DNA of 50,218 nucleotides from NCBI GenBank assembly GCA_964383705.1, contig CAYLHJ010000006.1, positions 1 through 50,218 on the forward strand, written 5' to 3'. Source of the DNA: an uncultured Candidatus Saccharibacteria bacterium. GTDB lineage: Bacteria; Patescibacteriota; Minisyncoccia; Phycocordibacterales; Zambryskibacteraceae. This document shows positions 44,490 to 50,218 of the stretch, piece by piece (positions within the stretch are counted from its first letter, which is position 1; each line of letters starts with the position of its first letter). The notes beneath the pieces were generated by a model. That model was given only the letters and a program-made list of their open reading frames with translations. It was not told where the DNA came from and searched no databases. The position numbers were made by a program, and so were the translations under genes.

Positions 44490-45830
44490 ATGAAATACTC
44501 AATTAAAATAATGTTTTTGGTAACCTTTATTGTTTTGCCAGTAGGACTCCGTGCTTCAATGGTTTTTTCAGAAATTATGTATGACTTATCCGGAGCAGAC
44601 ACTAATGAGTGGATTGAAGTAGAGAACTCTGGCTCAAATCAAATCGACTTTTCTTTGTGGAAATTATTTGAAGCTAATTCTAACCACGGCCTTAATTTAA
44701 TAAGTGGAAATGCTGTCATTGGAGCAGGGGAATTTGCAATAATTGCAAATGATTCAGCCGCTTTTATTTCGGAATTCCCATCTTTTTCTGGTAATCTTTT
44801 TGATAGCTCTTTTAGCCTTTCAAATACAGGAGAGACTTTGGTTTTGCGAGATGAGACTTTATCAGATAAGGATACAGTCTCTTACGATTCAGGTATGGGG
44901 GCAACTGAAGATGGCAATTCACTCCAAAATTTAAACTCCAGTTGGACCCCCGCATTTCCGACCCCCGGTGTTAAAAATAGTGATACTGGCAATTCTCAAG
45001 AATCGCAGGAACCGGTAGCGGAAGAAAGTAATTCTTTAGGATCTTCCAACAAATCTTTATCAACTTCTGTATCACCAGAAAAGAAGGTCAATAATTCAGC
45101 AACCCCCGCGTTAATAGTTTCAATAGGAAAAGATCAACTTACGGCGATTGGTAATCCCGTTGAATTTATGGCGGACGTAAGAGCGGCAACTCCATTGGCT
45201 AGAAAAATTATTTATAGGTGGTCTTTTGGAGATGGCTCAACGGGGGCTGGTCAAAAGGTAACTTACAATTATCCTTACCCTGGAGATTATGTTGCGGTTC
45301 TCGATGTTTCTCGTGGTTCTGACAAGGCAACAGCTAGAGTTAATGTCAAAGTTATTGAGCCAAATTTGGTTTTCAAGGCTCTATCTTCTGGAGTAATTCA
45401 AATAGAAAATAAAGGAAAAGAAGATGTTAATTTATCTTTTTGGAAGATTGAATCGTCTGATAAATCTTTTGTTTTTCCAGAAAATACTATTGTAAAGGCG
45501 ACAAGCTTAATTAGTGTTCCGCCGGAAGTATCGAATCTTAATGTTAATCCAACAAATTTGATCTACGTGTTTAACCCACTTAATGTCCGTTACATAAGCA
45601 GTGATCAAAAACAGGGGGAAAATCTTGGGCAAGTGGCAATAATAGACAAAACCCCAAGAATAAATGCAGAGCAAACAAAAACTAATCCCAAGGAGATTCT
45701 TAATAAAGAAAATTCAATAGATATTTCAAGTGAAAATCTTACTGCTTCGGCCGCCAATTTCTTTGAAGTGGAGAAACCCCCAAGTCTTTGGAATAGGTTG
45801 AAAAAGTTTTTTACTGGAATATTCAGGTGA
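44490..45830 (+). CDS. Lamin-tail domain plus PKD domain secreted protein
   Basis: SEIMYD..G.D..EWIE..N, LSN.GE.L.L, PTPG..N; Y.WSFGDG, Y.YPG.Y. Confidence 0.82.
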   Translation: MKYSIKIMFLVTFIVLPVGLRASMVFSEIMYDLSGADTNEWIEVENSGSNQIDFSLWKLFEANSNHGLNLISGNAVIGAGEFAIIANDSAAFISEFPSFSGNLFDSSFSLSNTGETLVLRDETLSDKDTVSYDSGMGATEDGNSLQNLNSSWTPAFPTPGVKNSDTGNSQESQEPVAEESNSLGSSNKSLSTSVSPEKKVNNSATPALIVSIGKDQLTAIGNPVEFMADVRAATPLARKIIYRWSFGDGSTGAGQKVTYNYPYPGDYVAVLDVSRGSDKATARVNVKVIEPNLVFKALSSGVIQIENKGKEDVNLSFWKIESSDKSFVFPENTIVKATSLISVPPEVSNLNVNPTNLIYVFNPLNVRYISSDQKQGENLGQVAIIDKTPRINAEQTKTNPKEILNKENSIDISSENLTASAANFFEVEKPPSLWNRLKKFFTGIFR

Positions 45831-45899
45831 ACCCATTGAAAGTTAAATAACATGTAGTATTTGACTTATTTTTCTAAATATATAAACTATTTTGCATAA

Positions 45900-46010
45900 G
45901 GCCAAAGACAGTAGGCAGTTGCCTAAAAGGCGACAGAGGTCCTACCGAGGCAAACCGCTCATCTGAGCGGTCGCAACTCTTGCGGCCTTATAAAGGTCGT
46001 ATTTTTTTGT
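45900..46010 (+). promoter_or_regulatory. Ribosomal protein L10 leader (autoregulatory RNA)
   Basis: AAGACAGTAGG...CCTACCGAGG stem upstream of rplJ; TTGACT at 45861. Confidence 0.8.
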
Positions 46011-46019
46011 CCAAATTTT

Positions 46020-46508
46020 ATGGCAATATCAAAAGAAAAAAAGAAAGAAATTGTAGCAAAGCTTAAAGGAGCTTTGCAGGGTGCAAAATCTCTTGTATTT
46101 GTGAATTTCCACGGTTTAAATGTCATGGGAGTAAATGAGATGCGAAGAGGTCTTCGCAATGCCGGTGTATCGTATCTTGTTGCAAAAAAATCTCTAATCC
46201 GTCGAGCATTAGATGAAGTTAAGTTTTCTGGAGAGACTCCAGAGCTTCCTGGTGAACTTGCTTTGGCTTGGAGTGATGATTTGATAGCGCCAGCTCGAGA
46301 AGTTTATGGATTCCAAAAGAAAAACCCAGAAGGTTTAAAGATTGTCGGAGGTATGTTTGAAGGAAAGTTTATGAGTCAGGTGGATATGATGGACATCGCG
46401 ATGATTCCTGCGCTACCTGTTCTTCATGGCAAGTTCGTCAACATTATCAATTCGCCAATTCAGAGATTTGTTATTGGTTTGAGTAAGATTGCAGAGAAAA
46501 AATCTTAA
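46020..46508 (+). CDS. rplJ: 50S ribosomal protein L10
   Basis: KEKK...V, F.GL.V....MR..LR, V.KK.L; upstream of rplL. Confidence 0.93.
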   Translation: MAISKEKKKEIVAKLKGALQGAKSLVFVNFHGLNVMGVNEMRRGLRNAGVSYLVAKKSLIRRALDEVKFSGETPELPGELALAWSDDLIAPAREVYGFQKKNPEGLKIVGGMFEGKFMSQVDMMDIAMIPALPVLHGKFVNIINSPIQRFVIGLSKIAEKKS

Positions 46509-46529
46509 ATTATTATTTATTCACTAACT

Positions 46530-46919
46530 ATGTCAGAAGAAACAAAAGTTGAAGTTCCAGCAAAATTCAAATCAATTGTTGAAGAAATTGAGAAAATGTC
46601 AGTGCTTGATTTGAATGAGCTTGTAAAAGTGTTTGAGAGTAAGTTTGGCGTATCTGCAACAGCTGTCGCTGCCGCTCCTGCGTCTGGCGCTTCTGCTGAA
46701 GAGGCAAAAGACACTATGAATGTTGAGCTCACCGATGGTGGTGCAACAAAAATCGCAGTTATTAAGGTAGTAAAAGAAGTTTTGGGCCTTGGTCTTAAGG
46801 AAGCGAAAGATTTAGTAGATGCTGCTCCGGCAATGCTAAAGACAGATATGAAGAAAGAGGAAGCGGAGGATTTGAAGAAAAAGATTGAAGAAGCTGGAGG
46901 TAAGGTTACATTCAAATAA
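46530..46919 (+). CDS. rplL: 50S ribosomal protein L7/L12
   Basis: KI.VIK.V....[19 protein letters not shown]. Confidence 0.97.
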   Translation: MSEETKVEVPAKFKSIVEEIEKMSVLDLNELVKVFESKFGVSATAVAAAPASGASAEEAKDTMNVELTDGGATKIAVIKVVKEVLGLGLKEAKDLVDAAPAMLKTDMKKEEAEDLKKKIEEAGGKVTFK

Positions 46920-46941
46920 TTCTTATATTAAGAAATAATCA

Positions 46942-46966
46942 AAAAATCCCCGTATGGGGATTTTTT
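46942..46966 (+). terminator. Intrinsic terminator
   Basis: AAAAAATCCCC-GTAT-GGGGATTTTTT. Confidence 0.8.
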
Positions 46967-47022
46967 GTATAAGGAAGACGCCACCAGTTATATTGCAACG
47001 GATGGCGTCAGGTTAGTGCTAG

Positions 47023-47487
47023 CTATTGCATCAAGAGTTGGAGTTTTCTCAACTCTCTCTCAATTTCTTGTACAGACCTCTTAAACCACTCTTCTTCGAA
47101 CAGTTCACTCCACTCTTCTATCTTCTTCTGCCCGTTGTATATGCTTCTAGCAAAAAAACTACTGCCGTCTATGATAATGGGCCCACCAATTGTAGCGATG
47201 GGGTAGACATCGAGAATATTGCCGTGTTGGGTAATAAGCCAGCTGTGTTCATGACCATGAACTATACAACTATCTACAACGTGCAGATTGAAAATTTCTC
47301 CAATTGCACGGGCAAGCATGTGACAGGAAAGGACGATAGTCTCTCCGCTAGTTTTTTCTCCGAAGTTAATGTCCGGCAAGTTTTCAACTAGCCACCTAAC
47401 TTTCCTCCACAAGAGGATATCTTCTCCGTGGATTAATGCCATGGCATACGGGGTCATATATTCTCCAGTAAAATGGTCAGAGTCCAT
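47023..47487 (-). CDS. Hypothetical protein with possible Cys-His-Asp (transglutaminase-like) triad
   Basis: SCH.LARA...HSWL...ILDVYP; start uncertain (47487 preferred, minus-strand TTGACA upstream). Confidence 0.6.
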   Translation of the reverse strand: MDSDHFTGEYMTPYAMALIHGEDILLWRKVRWLVENLPDINFGEKTSGETIVLSCHMLARAIGEIFNLHVVDSCIVHGHEHSWLITQHGNILDVYPIATIGGPIIIDGSSFFARSIYNGQKKIEEWSELFEEEWFKRSVQEIERELRKLQLLMQ

Positions 47488-47554
47488 GCTATTGATAGAA
47501 TAATAGTTTGATATTGTCAATATTCTCCCCAAGCTCATTTTTCAATGGTAGAAT

Positions 47555-48190
47555 ATGGGGATAAAGAAAATCATGGAAACACTGACTAAGTTATTCGGTA
47601 ATGCTGCAAAGGTAAAGATTATTAAGCAGTTTTTGTTTAATCCCAATACGCCTTTTGGTATTTCAGATATAGCGGACCGAACAAAAGAATCCGAATCAAA
47701 GGTTAGAAAAGAGATTAATCTTTTAGCAAAAATGCGCCTTGTGAAGCGCAAAGTCTTTTCTAAGACGATTTATAATAAAAAAAAGTCAAAGATTACTCAG
47801 AAAAAGGTTCGTGTAAATGGGTGGTTACTTAATAGTAATTTTGAATACCTCGCTCCGCTTCAGAGTTTCCTTATAAATGTAAACCACTTAAGTCCTAAGG
47901 ATATATCAAGAAAGCTAAACCGCGGGGGGAACTTGAAACTTGTAATTACATCTGGCGTCTTCATTCAGGATCCCGAAAGCAGGGTAGACCTTTTGGTGGT
48001 GGGGGATCATTTAAAGAAAGGGGTTATAGACTCAACAATTAAAACAATAGAGTCAGAAATAGGGAAAGATATTAGATATGCTGTTTTTGAAACTCCAGAT
48101 TTTCAATATCGGCTTGGCCTTTACGACAAACTCATCAGAGATATTTTGGATAGTCCGCATGAAAAGATATTAAATAAGCTTGGCGTTTAA
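47555..48190 (+). CDS. wHTH plus degenerate nucleotidyltransferase-fold protein
   Basis: L.KLFG..AKVKI...FL.N HTH; G.F......VDLLVVG, E.EIGK.I.Y. Confidence 0.65.
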   Translation: MGIKKIMETLTKLFGNAAKVKIIKQFLFNPNTPFGISDIADRTKESESKVRKEINLLAKMRLVKRKVFSKTIYNKKKSKITQKKVRVNGWLLNSNFEYLAPLQSFLINVNHLSPKDISRKLNRGGNLKLVITSGVFIQDPESRVDLLVVGDHLKKGVIDSTIKTIESEIGKDIRYAVFETPDFQYRLGLYDKLIRDILDSPHEKILNKLGV

Positions 48191-48366
48191 TTGGCAAAAT
48201 CGGGTTTATTATTATCCACATAAACAAAAAACGGCCCTAAATAAAGGAACGACGAAATGATATAATGGGAAGAGAGCACTTTTGCCAATAAGTTAAAAGG
48301 TCAGAATTATCAATAATTGTGTCGCAGTAACTCTGCACACGTTCCGCTTCGGCGGGTAAAGTATTT

Positions 48367-49056
48367 ATGATTATCAATACCTGGAGCACAGCGCTTCAAA
48401 GTTCTTTTGCGGGTTTGTGGATAGGGATCGTAAACTATCTACCAAACATTGTTGTTGCAGTTATCATTTTTGTTTTAGGTTGGGTTGTCGGAACAGTTGT
48501 TGGTCGTGGCATTCAACAGCTTTTTAAGTCTATTCGTGTAGATGAGGCTCTTAAAAAGACCGGGGCAGATGAAATGATGCACCGAGGTGGCTTGAATCTT
48601 AATACAGGAGCATTTGTCGGTGGACTGATTAAGTGGTTTATTATTCTCGTGTTTCTTATTGCCGCTTTCGATGTATTGGGCCTTGCAGAAGTAAATCAAT
48701 TTCTTCAAGGTGTAGTTCTTCAATACCTCCCCAAAGTGATTGTTGCAGTACTTGTTTTACTTGTTGCTGGTGTTTTGGGTGATGCGGTTCAGAAAGCCGT
48801 TATCGCTTCAGCCCGAGCCGCTGACATAAGATCTGCTGGTATGTTGGGCGCTGTTGCGCGATGGTCAATTTGGATTTTTGCGTTTCTGATTGCACTTTCC
48901 CAGCTTGGTATCGCCGCTCCATTCTTTCAGACTCTATTTACTGGCTTTATTATTGCCCTTTCCTTGGCTATCGGTCTTTCATTTGGTCTTGGGGGTCAGG
49001 GTGCCGCATCAGATTTCATTGCGAAAATGCGTGATGAGATGAATGATAGAAAATAA
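48367..49056 (+). CDS. MscS-type TM-helix (CmpX-like) membrane protein
   Basis: Repeated YLP.I..A..I motifs, GLSFGLGG. Confidence 0.8.
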   Translation: MIINTWSTALQSSFAGLWIGIVNYLPNIVVAVIIFVLGWVVGTVVGRGIQQLFKSIRVDEALKKTGADEMMHRGGLNLNTGAFVGGLIKWFIILVFLIAAFDVLGLAEVNQFLQGVVLQYLPKVIVAVLVLLVAGVLGDAVQKAVIASARAADIRSAGMLGAVARWSIWIFAFLIALSQLGIAAPFFQTLFTGFIIALSLAIGLSFGLGGQGAASDFIAKMRDEMNDRK

Positions 49057-49079
49057 TCTCTTATTGAGGCATTAGTGTT

Positions 49080-49109
49080 GAAAACACCCGATTAATATCG
49101 GGTGTTTTC
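49080..49109 (+). terminator. Intrinsic terminator
   Basis: AAAACACCCGAT-TAAT-ATCGGGTGTTTT. Confidence 0.8.
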
Positions 49110-49114
49110 GTTAT

Positions 49115-49142
49115 TTGACTTTATTTTCTGTTTGTTTATACT
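49115..49142 (+). promoter_or_regulatory. Sigma70 promoter for 23S rRNA transcript
   Basis: TTGACT-N16-TATACT; boxA-like GTACTTTGACAATTTAA at 49291. Confidence 0.65.
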
Positions 49143-49563
49143 ATATCCCTATCTGTATGTTAAAAATCTTCAAACCTCTAAAAAAGCGGAATCCATAACC
49201 CGAAAATTTCGTGTTAGAAGAAAAACCGCTTTGAAAAAGGCGGTTTTTCTTAAACCAAAAATCCGCTAGGTAATGAGGAAACAGACAGAAGTACTTTGAC
49301 AATTTAATTCCTGTCATATCACCGTTTCTTCTGTACCAACAGAGGGGTCTTCGGTGGTAGAGATAGGGTCAAAAAACATTTGCAAAGATTTGATTGTATG
49401 ATTTTTGCAAAGACAATGATAAATGTTCTTATGATTGATTTCATAGAACAGAACAAAGCAAATTTTTTTGTGCATTACTTATGCGAAAGTAATGTGTAGA
49501 AAAAATTTCATTTTTATTTGTGATTTGCAAATAAAAATGAATAAGGCGGTTTTTACATTTCCT

Positions 49564-50218
<655 letters not shown>

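Noticed and set aside
35494-46915. ORFs 35494-35883, 40761-42035 (several) and 46517-46915
   Set aside because: Antisense shadows of recA, the S-layer-like gene and rplL

Overview
A 50-kb chromosomal segment of an AT-rich bacterium using the standard genetic code. It is most consistent with Patescibacteria/CPR, Parcubacteria (OD1): rplK is not followed by rplA, GlyRS is alpha2-type, IleRS is type 2, and DUF2914, DUF5667 and lamin-tail proteins are present. Bases 1-12.7 kb hold membrane and accessory genes (EamA x2, DedA, DoxX-like, NADAR, PAP2, SIMPL, ECF sigma with partner). Then come secE-nusG-rplK, a candidate 6S-like RNA and a convergent pyrimidine-nucleotide cluster (cytidylyltransferase, dCMP deaminase >< DHFR-HIT fusion, atypical ThyA). 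Next are argS, ileS (with an inserted histidine-phosphatase domain), recO, glyS, an M16 peptidase, AI-2E, metG, tatD, rpsF-ssb-rpsR, efp, recA and ftsK. The last part has a four-helix-bundle/wHTH gene embedded in an AAGGACA repeat array, an acidic S-layer-like gene with a long structured leader, an O-antigen-ligase-like gene, rplJ-rplL, and the 5' end of a 23S rRNA gene with no 16S gene upstream. Best leads: (1) the AAGGACA array with its wHTH protein opposite ftsK; (2) the odd dTMP cluster; (3) an identical ECF-type promoter before the ECF sigma gene and the S-layer-like gene; (4) a rod-shaped 6S-like RNA; (5) a pseudoknot leader on a 28-codon ORF. All calls come from reading motifs by eye; no database searches or folding programs were run.
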